Shown here one piece after another: positions 51,888 to 62,870 of a stretch of DNA of 64,000 nucleotides. Below the pieces are notes generated by a model, which worked only from the letters and a program-made list of their open reading frames with translations, searched no databases and had not been told where the DNA came from. The position numbers and the translations under genes were made by a program. Origin of the DNA: Octopus sinensis (taxonomy: Eukaryota); the NCBI RefSeq assembly GCF_006345805.1, contig NC_042998.1:106702001-106766000 (forward strand), read 5' to 3'. How positions within the stretch are numbered: the first letter of the stretch is position 1; each line of letters opens with the position of its first letter.

Positions 51888-52875
51888 TACGAAAGAAGGT
51901 TTGAAAATGCAATTTTAAAAGATGTTTATTTACTTTACCGGTTTCACTCTTTAGAAAAAGATTGTCAAAAGTAACATGTAAAAGTTTGGTTGTGTTAATT
52001 ATTGGTTGTCACAAAATGCTACAATACATATATACAGTCTTTGGTAACAAGGACATGTTAAGAACATAAAAATGTTTAACAAGTTCATGAAAATATTGGG
52101 CACAAAAGATTCCAACATCAATATACATTCTCAAGAAAATGTTAAAGATAGTTTCCAGAAAGAATTATTAAAAAGTTCAGTGGAATATTGGTATTGTATC
52201 TGTATATTCATACATGCACAGAATATTGGCTGTCATATAACGTCCAGTTAGTATATTCAGTTATTCATTTGCAGTGAAATGTTATTTTAGCCTGATACAG
52301 TTTTGCAAGAGAAAATATTTTCTTTTCTTTTTTTTTAATTAAATATTGCAACTATATTAATATTTATTTTTTTGTTTATTTTATTATTCCAGATTGATGG
52401 CTCTACTTTAAAAACTCTGTGCCAACAACATGGACCTCTGCAATTTTTCTACCTTAGCCTCAACCATGGCCAAGCCCTTGTACGTTATTCATCCAAAGAT
52501 GAAGCAGTGAAGGCTCAAAAGGCTTTGAATACTTGTGTTCTTGGAAACACAACCATATTAGCTGAATTTGTTTCAGAACGTGAGGCTAACCACTTAGTGG
52601 AGCAAAGTTCAACTACTTCAGCAGCACCCCCATCCACTAGTCAATGGTCGCAGTCCTCTCAATCAGATTATCGGCCTCCACCCCCACCACAACCTGGTGC
52701 ACCTCCACACTACAGCAGCCGCAACGAAAATCACTGGAACATGCCTGCTTCTGTTCAATTTGGAGGTTTTCCAGGGAACACTATGTGGAACAATAGCCTC
52801 TGGGGCGGAGTTGCAATGGATGACCATGGTTCTGCTCCTTTACTTGGCAATATTCTGGGGGGAGAATCTATGTGA
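34682..52875 (+). CDS. TNRC6: GW182/TNRC6 trinucleotide repeat-containing 6 protein, spliced model join(34682..37389,39193..39315,43670..43816,45301..45387,45890..45947,46526..48325,51265..51326,52393..52875); 5' partial, about 1.83-1.86 kaa with either candidate start exon
   Basis: All eight exons have GT-AG boundaries and matching phases (1-0,0-0,0-0,0-0,0-1,1-1,1-0,0-stop), giving one open frame. Family hallmarks appear in the expected order: GW repeats, UBA ([26 protein letters not shown]), Q-rich, [55 protein letters not shown]...[13 protein letters not shown]-terminal GGESM. Confidence 0.95.
37078..37254 (+). repeat. Coding CAA/CAG repeat (Q12, then Q/H-rich, then Q33)
   Basis: Counted from sequence: pure Q run of 33 codons at 37156-37254 and Q12 at 37078-37113. 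Confidence 0.95.
39193..39315 (+). CDS. TNRC6: TNRC6 exon (123 nt, phase 0-0), GW-rich
   Basis: TTTGTAG| ... AAG|GTGAG. Encodes [41 protein letters not shown]. Too short to appear in the ORF track. Confidence 0.85.
40590..41150. repeat. Degenerate minisatellite, unit about 38-42 bp
   Basis: Recurring blocks GTGACAACTGAGTAGTAACACTG(TG)AAGACAATGGAGTAGA with many substitutions. Confidence 0.75.
41880..42041 (+). mobile_element. Older RTE-type tail copy
   Basis: GTGGTTGGCATTATTAAGGGCATCCTGCTGTAGAAACCATGCCAGATCAGAC...ATTAAATGATGATG. Confidence 0.75.
42327..42679 (+). mobile_element. Young 5'-truncated RTE-type retroposon 3' end with three 62-63 bp tandem units and a (GAT)n tail
   Basis: AAAAAGCACC unit starts at 42327, 42389, 42451 and 42514. 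CpG-rich. Tail CCCATGCTAGCATGGAAAGTGGACGCTAAATGATGATGAT. Confidence 0.85.
42700..42860 (-). mobile_element. SINE body fragment
   Basis: GCACCACTTTGAAG...GATCCCAGTACTTATT...GGTACTTATTCTATTGG...CCACTAAGTTATGGGGAC, related in reverse orientation to parts of the 50050-50260 and 62690-62870 copies. Confidence 0.5.
43670..43816 (+). CDS. TNRC6: TNRC6 exon (147 nt, phase 0-0), GW-rich
   Basis: CTACAACAG| ... AAG|GTAAGC. Encodes [49 protein letters not shown]. Confidence 0.88.
43990..44121 (-). mobile_element. RTE-type tail copy, antisense
   Basis: TTTTCTGTGCTAGCATGGG...GTTTCTATGGCTGGATGCCCTTCCTAATGCCA. Confidence 0.8.
45301..45387 (+). CDS. TNRC6: TNRC6 exon (87 nt, phase 0-0), start of UBA domain
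   Basis: TTTTTACAG| ... AAG|GTAAGC. Encodes [29 protein letters not shown] (UBA MGF signature). Confidence 0.9.
45890..45947 (+). CDS. TNRC6: TNRC6 exon (58 nt, phase 0-1), UBA helices 2-3
   Basis: TTATTATAG| ... CG|GTAAGA. Encodes [19 protein letters not shown], which aligns with the TNRC6 UBA R..A..AL..NNMN.D.A pattern. Confidence 0.9.
46526..48325 (+). CDS. TNRC6: TNRC6 exon (1800 nt, phase 1-1): Q-rich region and silencing domain (CIM1, PAM2, P-GL)
   Basis: TTTTTTAG| ... CAG|GTTAGT. CIM1 QSRLLNQW at 47533-47556, PAM2 [12 protein letters not shown] at 47851-47886, [18 protein letters not shown] and RPPPGL. Confidence 0.93.
49545..49740 (-). mobile_element. tRNA-derived SINE copy
   Basis: GCAACATGAAATGAAGTATTTTGCTCAAGAACACAAC...GGAATCAAG...CTCTAACCACTAGGCTATGTGC is a reversed A/B-box head plus core. 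Confidence 0.7.
50050..50260 (+). mobile_element. SINE fragments (second family)
   Basis: GAATTCAAATC.ACTTTGTTTTTCATCCTTTCAGGG and GGTGGATTAGTAGAATTGTTAG...CTGAGTTCAGATCCC. Confidence 0.5.
51265..51326 (+). CDS. TNRC6: TNRC6 exon (62 nt, phase 1-0), RRM beta1
   Basis: TTCTTTTCAG| ... CAG|GTCAGT. Encodes (V)[20 protein letters not shown]. Confidence 0.92.
52393..52875 (+). CDS. TNRC6: TNRC6 last coding exon: RRM and C-terminal W-containing tail
   Basis: TTATTCCAG| [16 protein letters not shown]...[29 protein letters not shown]...NSLWGG...LGGESM, TGA at 52873-52875. Confidence 0.95.
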   Translation: MDGSTLKTLCQQHGPLQFFYLSLNHGQALVRYSSKDEAVKAQKALNTCVLGNTTILAEFVSEREANHLVEQSSTTSAAPPSTSQWSQSSQSDYRPPPPPQPGAPPHYSSRNENHWNMPASVQFGGFPGNTMWNNSLWGGVAMDDHGSAPLLGNILGGESM

Positions 52876-53441
52876 TTTTTTTTTTCTCCCTACCCTGTGA
52901 AAATTTTTATTCTTTTATTTTTCCTCCATCCAACTCACACCACACTTTCTTCATTGTACTATATTTGTCTTGTCTCTCTATCACTTTGTCTCTGTCTGTG
53001 TCTCTCTCTGTGATCTCTAGTTTTTATTTCTTATTTATCTGACTCCTACCCAAATGGCTACACGTACATAAACATAACCCCTTGTCCTTTCACTTGTTAT
53101 TTTAAAAACAAAAATAATGAAACAACTAAATCTCCTCTGTGAAACCAGATCTCGTAGCTTTCATGGCAACATATTCATTCATACTTTGTTCGTTTTTGTT
53201 TTTCTTTCTATATATTAAAAGAAAAAAAAACATTGTAAAAAAAAAAAAGCAAAAAAAAAGATCTGATAACCATGCAGCATTATAGAGAATGAAATTTAAT
53301 TTGAAAAGTCATTTAATTATATTATAAATTATGAATCGGGTGCAATCAGCTGTTGTATGAACTGTTTTTGAAGCAGAAGAAAAACAAATATACACACATA
53401 TATATACATACATATATACATATATATATATTATATTATAT

Positions 53442-53474
<33 letters not shown>

Positions 53475-56400
53475 GTATATGTATATATATAAACTTTCCC
53501 ACCCCCCATTCCCCCAAAAAAGTGACAGTTAAAGTTGACCAGAAATAGTCAAATTTTGTCATGTGATAATCTTTTGAAGTTATGCCTAGTTTTATTGTCC
53601 AATGCAATGGAGATATAACTAGTTCCTACAGCAGCAACAGCAGCTAGGAACTGCTGGCAGCAGAAAGCGGTGCTTGTTCAAAGCCGTATATAGACACAAA
53701 TCCTATTGAGTGAAGAAATGACAAGATTAGAAAGAATGAGTGAGAATGATAGAAATGATGTAGAGCTTATGCTTACTCTGATGATGTTGATTCTTACCTT
53801 CATGCATATGTAATAAAACCAAGGTGGGTAAAAAAAAAATTAGAAGAAAAATATAGAAAACAGCAACTATGTATGACTGAAAGATCTAGGAATTGTGTAA
53901 TTGAAAGAATAAGGAAAGCATGTATGATTGAAAGAAGGAGGTATGTATGATTGAAAGAACAAGTATTGCTTCTTCAAAACAAACAAAAAAAGAGAGAAAA
54001 CTAATTAATAATCTTGATATACAAAGTATATGGCCAATTTTTAATTTTTATGTTCTTGTGAAAAATATTTTTAGATTATATGCCATCATAGATATTTTTT
54101 TCCTTTCGTCGTAATCTATTTTTTCCACTCTTTTAAAATGTTACCAAAGGGTAAAAAAAATTTTAATAGTAATTTTAATTGAGTTGAAACTTGATCAACA
54201 ATTTACATTTTTTTTAAGCACATACTAAATAAACAGTAAATATCTTTGAAGAATTTCCAAATATCAAACAATTCCAAATTATTGTTACATTTAAAACCAA
54301 CAGACTAGAAGCTAGTTATTTTGGTTTAGAATGTTTGCAATGACAGTCTTTAGAGTGGTGATACAGAAAATAGCTGATAATGAGAAAATGTTTTTCTTAT
54401 TTTTTACTTTATTTTTTATTTATTTATTATTATTATTTATTTTTTATTTTTTTTGTTTCCTTCTGAAATTTGACTACAATCTAAAAATATTTTGTCTGTG
54501 CCAAAATAATGTACGATTGGTTTGTGTTCTGTCACAAAGCATAACCATTTTTTCATACTACAAATGAGTTAATTTAGAGAGCAAAAAGATTTTTTGTAAT
54601 TAAAATTAAGATAAATAAACATTTTTTTTTTCTGTAATTTTTAAATATATTTTTGTAAAAAATCACTGCTTAGAGCTTCTAATTGTAAGTTGTTGTGAGT
54701 TAACATCATGGTTCATTAAGTATTGTATATTTTCTAAGAAAGAAAACAAACACAAATCTAAAATCATGCACAATATAAGACTACTTGCATTAAAAAAAAA
54801 TTCTATTATAAAAAAAAAAAAAAAAAATCTCATCAAACTAAATTTGCTGACCTAGCTATTGCTAATAGCTGCATTTGTTCCACTTGAGGAGAATTCCAGA
54901 GAATGTAACATTTAAATTCAACTGTTTGAAATATGCATCGAATGTGGGTGCAAAATCTTTGGTAGGGTACAAGAAAATTTCGTAAATAATTAACCAGATC
55001 TCTGCATTTTTTAAAAATTATTATCATCATTATTATTATTATTATTTCTAATTATCAATCTGCCTCTTTTCAGCTGCTAAATTATAGAACTGAACAAGTT
55101 GCTTAATCCAAAACTTTCTAAAAGCAAACATGAGGATTGTTTACAGATTTTTAAAAAAGCTGAAAATGCTGTTAGTATTTTCTGAGGTAAGCTCTTCCAT
55201 GATATATGTATATGTATGTGTTTGTGTGTATGTATATGTATGCATATATACATACACACCTGCAAACACACAAATACATTGTGTCTGTGAGTGTGTATAT
55301 CTATATCTATACACACGCACATACATACATACACATACATATTATTCTGTACATTCTCCTCTGTGAATTTGCCAGTATTGATCAAATTTTTTTTTCAACT
55401 TTTTAAACCAATGTTTAAAAATTATCAAATGTGGTGTCTTTCTGTAGGGAGAGGGGGTTGGTAATGCTATTCACATTGCCATTCATAATTTCTATAAACC
55501 ACCTAAACTCTGTTCTTATCTTCATTTGTCATTCTTATTTTTCTTACAACGATTATTTTAGTGAATCTACATGTTCTCTTATTCCTTTTCTTAATTTAAG
55601 TGTATGGTAGTTTGTATTAATAACAAGAAGTTATTATGTGAGAGTTAAATCATTTATTCATTTTGCAACAATGTGATGAAATATTCCTTTTAACTGTAAA
55701 TGACTAAAGGCACAGGAATAAAACCAAACAAATTAAAGAAACAAAGCATGAGAGTTAAGCACATATAAATTGTATTAACTTTGACAAATTATTTGCATTT
55801 CATAATTACATAGACAGGGATTCCTCCCCTTAAAAAGATAACAAGTAAAAAAAAAATTTAAAAAAAAAACACTTTCATTTCAATTTACTTTTCAGCAATT
55901 TTTTAAAATTAAATTAATAATTTTGGGGTTGTTTAATTTTTGGCTTCAAAATATATTAAATATATTGAGTTTAAAAACAAAAATACAAGATGGGAAGTAA
56001 AACTAAAATTGATATATAAATATTTATTTTTTTCATTTGATTTTTATTTGAACATTTAAATTTTTTAATTGCTTTTCTTTTTTAATAATGGTGTGAAATT
56101 TGTTGCTAGCCTTCATTTTGTGATATTTTCTTTAATTTAAAAAGAAGGAAAAAGTTAAAACAACCTCCACCTTCCCTAAAATTAATAATAAACAAAAAGG
56201 CAGTCTTGACTTCTAAATAATTCAAGCTAACAGTTTTGATCAGTTATAAGATAAAAAAAGGAAGGAGTTTAAGAAAAACCAAAAGCATTAAAATACATTC
56301 TAGTAATAACAAACTGGAGAAAAAGTACTCAATACCAGAAGTAGAGTGTCAATTTAATTTGATCAGCTGAAACTAGAAGTTTCAAGAAACATTATACCTT

Positions 56401-56592
56401 GTTTCATCAGTCAGTCATTTTGAATCAAAATGGTTGGTTGATGAAACAAGCCACAGTGTTTATGGAAACTTTTGGTTTCAGTTGATTGAATACATACATG
56501 TGTGTGTGTATATATGTATATGTGTATACATATATATATATAAATACACACATACACTCACATGCATGCACACACACATGTATGTATATGTA

Positions 56593-56640
<48 letters not shown>

Positions 56641-59327
56641 CCATACTTACAGGTGGCATTTCAATTTTGATTTGTGACAAACTTTTTGGCCTTGTGTAAC
56701 ATTTGAAGATACATTATCAGAGTAAGCTAATTATGCTGCTGCCTTGACTTGAGTCTATTGGACTATTTTATACTTACACAAAAGATGATTGAACAAATCC
56801 ATAAATCATAGATATGTGTGAATATTTGTATGCATAAGATATATGTACACATATAAATATGTATATACATGTGTGTGTATATGTATGTATAGCATATATA
56901 CATGCATCTTAGTACTTTTAAATTATTAAAGAAAAAGAAATTAGGGACAAATGGTCATTCTCTTCATCATCAAAATATTTTAAATAAATTAATTTCATTC
57001 ATTGTTAGTCATTGAAAAACTTCATCTTAAAATAGATTTGTAATTTAAAAGTGAGTAATTTTGATTATATAACTTTTAACAATTTAAACAATGAACCAAG
57101 TAGCTGTAGAAAGGAAAACATTGCAAATTGATTAATTTTTAAATTACTGTATTTTAAAAGAAAAAAAATTTTTTTTTTCTTTTCTTTTAGAAGTAAAAAG
57201 AAAAATTTAAATATATTTAAACCATGTTATTATTGTTATCATACTAGCTATAATGATAGTAGTAATAATTATTATTACTATTATTATTAAAATAATGACT
57301 ATATCATCATCTTTATGATTAACAAAAGCAAATTTTAAATGAAAAACCTATTTGAAACCAACTAAACAACGCAGTACCCTTTTCTGCTACGAAATGGCTT
57401 GTGGCAGCTTGATGAAAACAATACACAAAACACTCATAAAAACATAAATAACACTGCTGAGTCTGTTGAAATATTCCTCTCTCTCTTTACCATTTTCCCC
57501 CCTTTGCAGTCATTACTTTCTCTTTCTTTTCTCTCTCCCTCTATATCTCTTTTTATACGACAATCAATGTGAAAAGGCCTTGTTAACTTGCCAGTCGGGC
57601 TGTGTGTTGTATGTCGTATCTTTCCCAATAACAACCTATTATAATTAATAAAAAAAAAAAGTATGTCATTTGTATATGTGTTTGTGAAATATAATCTACA
57701 TGTATGTGTGTTGCAAAATGTCAGTGTGTCTGTCTGTGTACCCCAAATATACTGAATAGATCTTGCACCTGCTTAATTATGACTTGCTGCTAGAGAGGCA
57801 GATTTATCACCACAATATCAATAATAATTACTGCCACAGCTACTGCTAAAACTCAAAGCTGCCTCTTGTGGCTTGTTTTGTACAAACCTATTTAGATATT
57901 TTTATGTCTTGTCTCTGTCATTGACATGAGCACTTCTTTATATATTATGTGTGTGTTTGTGTGTGTATATATATATATATATATGCACACACATGCACAC
58001 CTAGTTACACACATTGATATATAATGAAATGTTTACAATATACTATGACATAAATATGTATATATAAACACACACAGACAACCACCTTGAGTATATGTAT
58101 GCATTTTAGCTTTTATGAATTAGTTCCAATTAATTTTTAAATCTGTTGTTTGTGAGTGATGGTAAATGTTTCCCCACTTCCTTTTTTTTTCTTTTTTTTT
58201 TTTTTCTGGGTTGTGGATCAAATAATAAGGTATTTTGTGTAGCCATAGGAACTTGTGTATATTAACTTGACACATTCCAGTATTAGAAATGGCAGCTTTT
58301 CCTCAGGTCATATAGCACTTTCGTAGCAGTTGTAATAGATTGTTACAGTTTGGTGATTTTCATCCTTTACTTTTTCTGCTTTTATGTATATATAATTTTT
58401 AGATGTGGTAATCTTCTGAATAAGTTTTTCTTTTCTGGCTAAATAGAAGATATGAAAATTTTTATAAAGGCAGAATACAAGCTTTAAAATGTCAACTGTT
58501 AAACCTAAATATTAAACAATCGTATTTACACCTCCATCCATCTTTTTCATCTCATATATATATATGTATATATATATGTATGTGTGTGTGTGTGTGTAAA
58601 TATATATATATATCTGTATATACATAATATGTATATATGGTTTATCCCTTCCAGAAGTTTTTAATAGTGGTGGGCATTTAAAAACAAGTACTTCCACCAT
58701 CTGCTTCTGACAGCTAAACTATAGCTTGTACAAGTACCATATGAACAAGAGAAGATTCTCATCTCACTGTATTAGTAACTATTCTGTTTTTCTCAAGAAA
58801 TTAATCCATTCTAAGTACTAAAACACTTAGATTTGTCATTAGTTAATACTATTCTCCTATCAATATTCATTTACTTTTTAATACTAGTGTATATGCTTTT
58901 GAAAATTCTGTATCTCATTTCTGACTGTTTTCTGGAATTAGAACATTTTGTTTTTTTCAAGTTTGTAATTTTTTTTTTTTTTTTATTGTGGTCATTTTAT
59001 ATTCCTTGCATTAGTTTGTACTTTTCAATTTATTTTAACTTAGTACATACACCGTCAGTGGTGCAGCCAGTGATCCTCAAACACTAATACACGTGTACTA
59101 ATATTGCTATTGTGGTATATGTTTTGTTTTCTCTTTTATGTGTTCTTACATCTTTTTATTGTTATAAATAGAAAAATAATTGAGATCTTCCCAGTGAAGT
59201 AAAATTTCACCATTATTTAAAAAAAAAAGAAAAACACTAAAAAAAAGTACATTGTAAAATACATTTCATTCGGTGATTACTATCTTGGAAAGGAAAGCAA
59301 ATTTCCTTTTCAGAATTTCTGCTCAGA

Positions 59328-59361
<34 letters not shown>

Positions 59362-61184
59362 CAATCAAATTTTAAGTCTAATATAACTCAGTGTGTGCTT
59401 TGAGCTTAATCTGTTCATATACTTTCATTTCTTGATTTTATTTTTGTCTTTCCTCTTACATTACAAAGGTTTGAAATACCTTCAATAGACTGGTGCTTTC
59501 TGTTAAATATCTAATTCCTATGAGGAATTTACCATCAAAGCCTCTTCACTTAATAGGTCTTATTTTACTACGCAATGACCATACTGCTGGCTTTCTGACA
59601 TTTTACTTTAGTGGCCTTATTAAACCCATACTCTCATACATCCACACACGCATACAAACAGCATAGCAACAACTATTAAAAGTACAATAAACAAAGCATA
59701 CTGTATAGTTAAATTGTTGCCAAGAATTTTTCAACATTTGTTTCTTTCTAAGTTATATATTACGGGGAAAATGCATTCCCTAGTACTTGCTCTGCTGTTT
59801 AAGTCCTTAATTATCTCATTGCAGCATAAAATTAATCTTGTATTTTCAATGTAAAATAGCAGAAACAATTTTCTAAAGTTAGATGTTAGTATCATTACTC
59901 AAAATTTTGGAGGCCCAGTTAAGTTTCAATAGAATTGTTTATCAATTTTCAAGGAAACACAAATTACACTACTGTTTTAAGTTATTCCAGGATACTTTAT
60001 TTAAATGAAAAGAAAGAAAAGGTGTTTATTCCATTTAGTGATGTGATTAATTTGACAAATATCTGAACTGTCCATAATGGTTCACTGATGTTCTGTGATG
60101 TCTTATGAATTTCTGCCAGCCAATCAAATATGAATCGACAAAAATGAAGCAAACCAACCAAAATATTATAAGGAAATGTATTTAAAATTGAAAAAAAAGT
60201 TATTGAAGTAGGTTTGGAGAAAGCACTGTTTAATATGTGACAAAAAAAAAAGTGTAAATTAAAAAGCTTCCAATTTTGCTAAACCATGAGACTGATTCCA
60301 TATTCACCTCATTATGTTGACTTCTTAAATACTGGTAATATTCATTTTCATATAGATTCACCCATATGCAACTCATTTATATCTTAACAACTAGAATCTA
60401 AGAATTTATCGTTTGTGTATTGTAAAACTGTGATAATCTATGCTTTTTAAAAAGTTGAAATTATTTAAACTGCTTAATCTGGACTTTCTAGATATAAAAA
60501 AAATATATATATAATTTTTAAAAAAGCAAAAAAAAAATTTTTTTTTCTTTTCCACTCAAAAATATCTAAGAGGCATTTTGAATTGTAGCGAAATGTTTCA
60601 TTTATAGGAAGTCTTAGTTCCAGTAATACATATCTCATTATTTTTATTCTTCTGTTTCAATTGGCTGTAACTAATTCTGCTAACAACTACAGCTTTTCTA
60701 AATTCATCTATTTTTCTTTATCATTGCCCTATGGATGATATTCTAAAAATTAAAAAAAAAAAGTAAAAAGCCAAATTTTGGACAAATCATTGTCCCTCAC
60801 TTTGAACCTTATGCATTTTAAAACATCATTCCTTTGAGTTATTGGTCAGTAACTGCAATGTCTTTTTTATCTTGTTTTTTTTTCTATCCTCTTCATTTCT
60901 TTCTTCCATTCCATCCTTTTATCTTCTATGAGTATTTCATTGGTTAAAGGAGAAAGAAAATTTGTCAACTGGCCCCTCATGTTCTTATTCTGCCTGTATG
61001 TCTTTTAAAATATTTTGATTAACAATAACAACAAATTCCTAAATATTGATAAAGAATATCTTTGCATTGGTGCTACTCTAAGGTTTCTTATACAGATCTT
61101 TTCCTCTTTTTACTTTATTATATTTTGGTTATAGGAACTCATTATTTTTCATATTTTACGATTGTTTTGAGTTTTAAAGGGTCA

Positions 61185-61244
<60 letters not shown>

Positions 61245-62400
61245 GGAAACAAAAATCTAAAATTCCTTGCCTTGAAAATTAGTCAGCAGCTCTCTTGTGC
61301 CTAGCAGTTGTGAAGTTACATTTCATTGCTGATCTCATTATATTGCTTTTACCTCTAACTGTATAGCCCTCTTTTACTATATCATCCAGTTAGGCTATCA
61401 TCTTGGTTGTATGTTTTTTGTTTTGTTTTTTCTTTAATTTTCTGTAGAGTTAACCTTTTGAAATACGAAATTTATGTGTTAAAAATATTGTTGAAACATT
61501 TTTAATTTCTATTTTCTTACTCTCTAATTGATAAATAGAAAATTGTGTCTTCTTTCCTGCCTTTTCCTTTTTTTTTTTTTTTCTCTTGTATTTGTTAGGG
61601 AAGGGCTGGGCCTGCAGCTGTTCTGATCTTCATGAGGGAAGAATTACAAAAATGTTCTAGTCTTTATATCCCAATCTTTTAAACTGCTCCCAATTATAAT
61701 ATGAATGAAAGCTGTTAAAAAATACAAAATTACTTCTCAGTATATTAATATACAATGTATGAATATCAGTGGTTTCATTACAGGTGTGTGAAGTTGGTAA
61801 GATACATCAAAAGACTCCTCTGGAGCATCAGTCATAATAGTGGCAATGGACGGTTAATATATAGTGTTAGAATAATAAAATTCATTTTTCTGTTTAATTT
61901 CCATTGCTTTAACATTGATATTCTATATAAGCCTATCTGAAATTGAATTAAATTGAATCATGTTTATTTAGGAAAAATTCTAAATCCTGCCATCATTCCA
62001 CTATCAAATGACAATTCTTAAATGTTGAAATTTCAGTCACTGCCCACTTTCTCTTCCACACAGTTTGGTTGTGGAATAAGAACTTTGCTCTGTTTATCCA
62101 TTTATTCAGCTCAGAAGCTAGTAAGGATCTCAGCTGATGAACCAATAATACTTGCTGGTTTAATTTTTTTTCTGTTCAGAGCATTAAAAACAACAAAAAA
62201 GTCTATGAAAAAAATTTTAAAAGACATCAAGATCTACTTATTGTAGTTATTGCCAAACTATATTACAACTTCTTTCAAATCAAACTTAATTCTGGTTTGT
62301 TTATTTTCATTCAATAAATTAAATTTATCATTCAAACAATGCAAATAACTTTTACTGTAGATATATAAATACTTAAAATTTAAAATTAAATAAAAAGAAA
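52876..62400 (+). other. Putative very long 3'UTR of TNRC6, end uncertain
   Basis: No recognisable SINE or LINE until ~62690. U/A-rich. AATAAA occurs at several positions, including 62313-62318 and 62389-62394. Confidence 0.5.
61188..61241. repeat. (CA)n microsatellite
   Basis: Uninterrupted CA run. Confidence 0.95.
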
Positions 62401-62689
62401 CAAAATCTGTCGTAAGCCTTCTAGTTTTAAAAATTATGCTCAAATTAAAAGTAAGACAGTCAGATTTTTTTAATTGCTACCAAAAGCCTATACTTTTCTC
62501 CTTTCATAAAAAACAAAAAACAAAAAAAAAAAATGTTGCCAATTTTCAAATATAAAACATGTAATAAGAGAGCTGTTGCTATAAACCCACAATGTTACTA
62601 TCAGTTTAAGAAGTTTAATATTTTCAAAATTATTATTTGAACTCTTTCATTCATTTGATAAGATTAGACATTAGTGACTCAGAATAAGA

Positions 62690-62870
62690 TAACTGGACAG
62701 AATGTCTTTCAGTATTTAGTTTCATCCTTCTGTATTTGGAATTCAAATCATGCTGGGATTGACTTTACTTTTATTTCTCCAAGAGTAATTAAAATAAGTA
62801 TCAATCATGTACTGTGATTGACTTAATTTACTATATTCCTTCCCTGCAAAATTGTGGTCTACTACAAATG
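62690..62870 (+). mobile_element. SINE copy (second family), the first retroposon after the repeat-free stretch
   Basis: GGACAGAATG...GGAATTCAAATC..GATTGACTTTACTTTTATTTCTCC...AAAATAAGTATCAA..GTACTG. Confidence 0.6.

Noticed and set aside
52876-62400. Numerous Pumilio (TGTANATA), CPE and ARE-like motifs
   Set aside because: Expected from AT-richness and TA/TG microsatellites; uninformative without conservation data.
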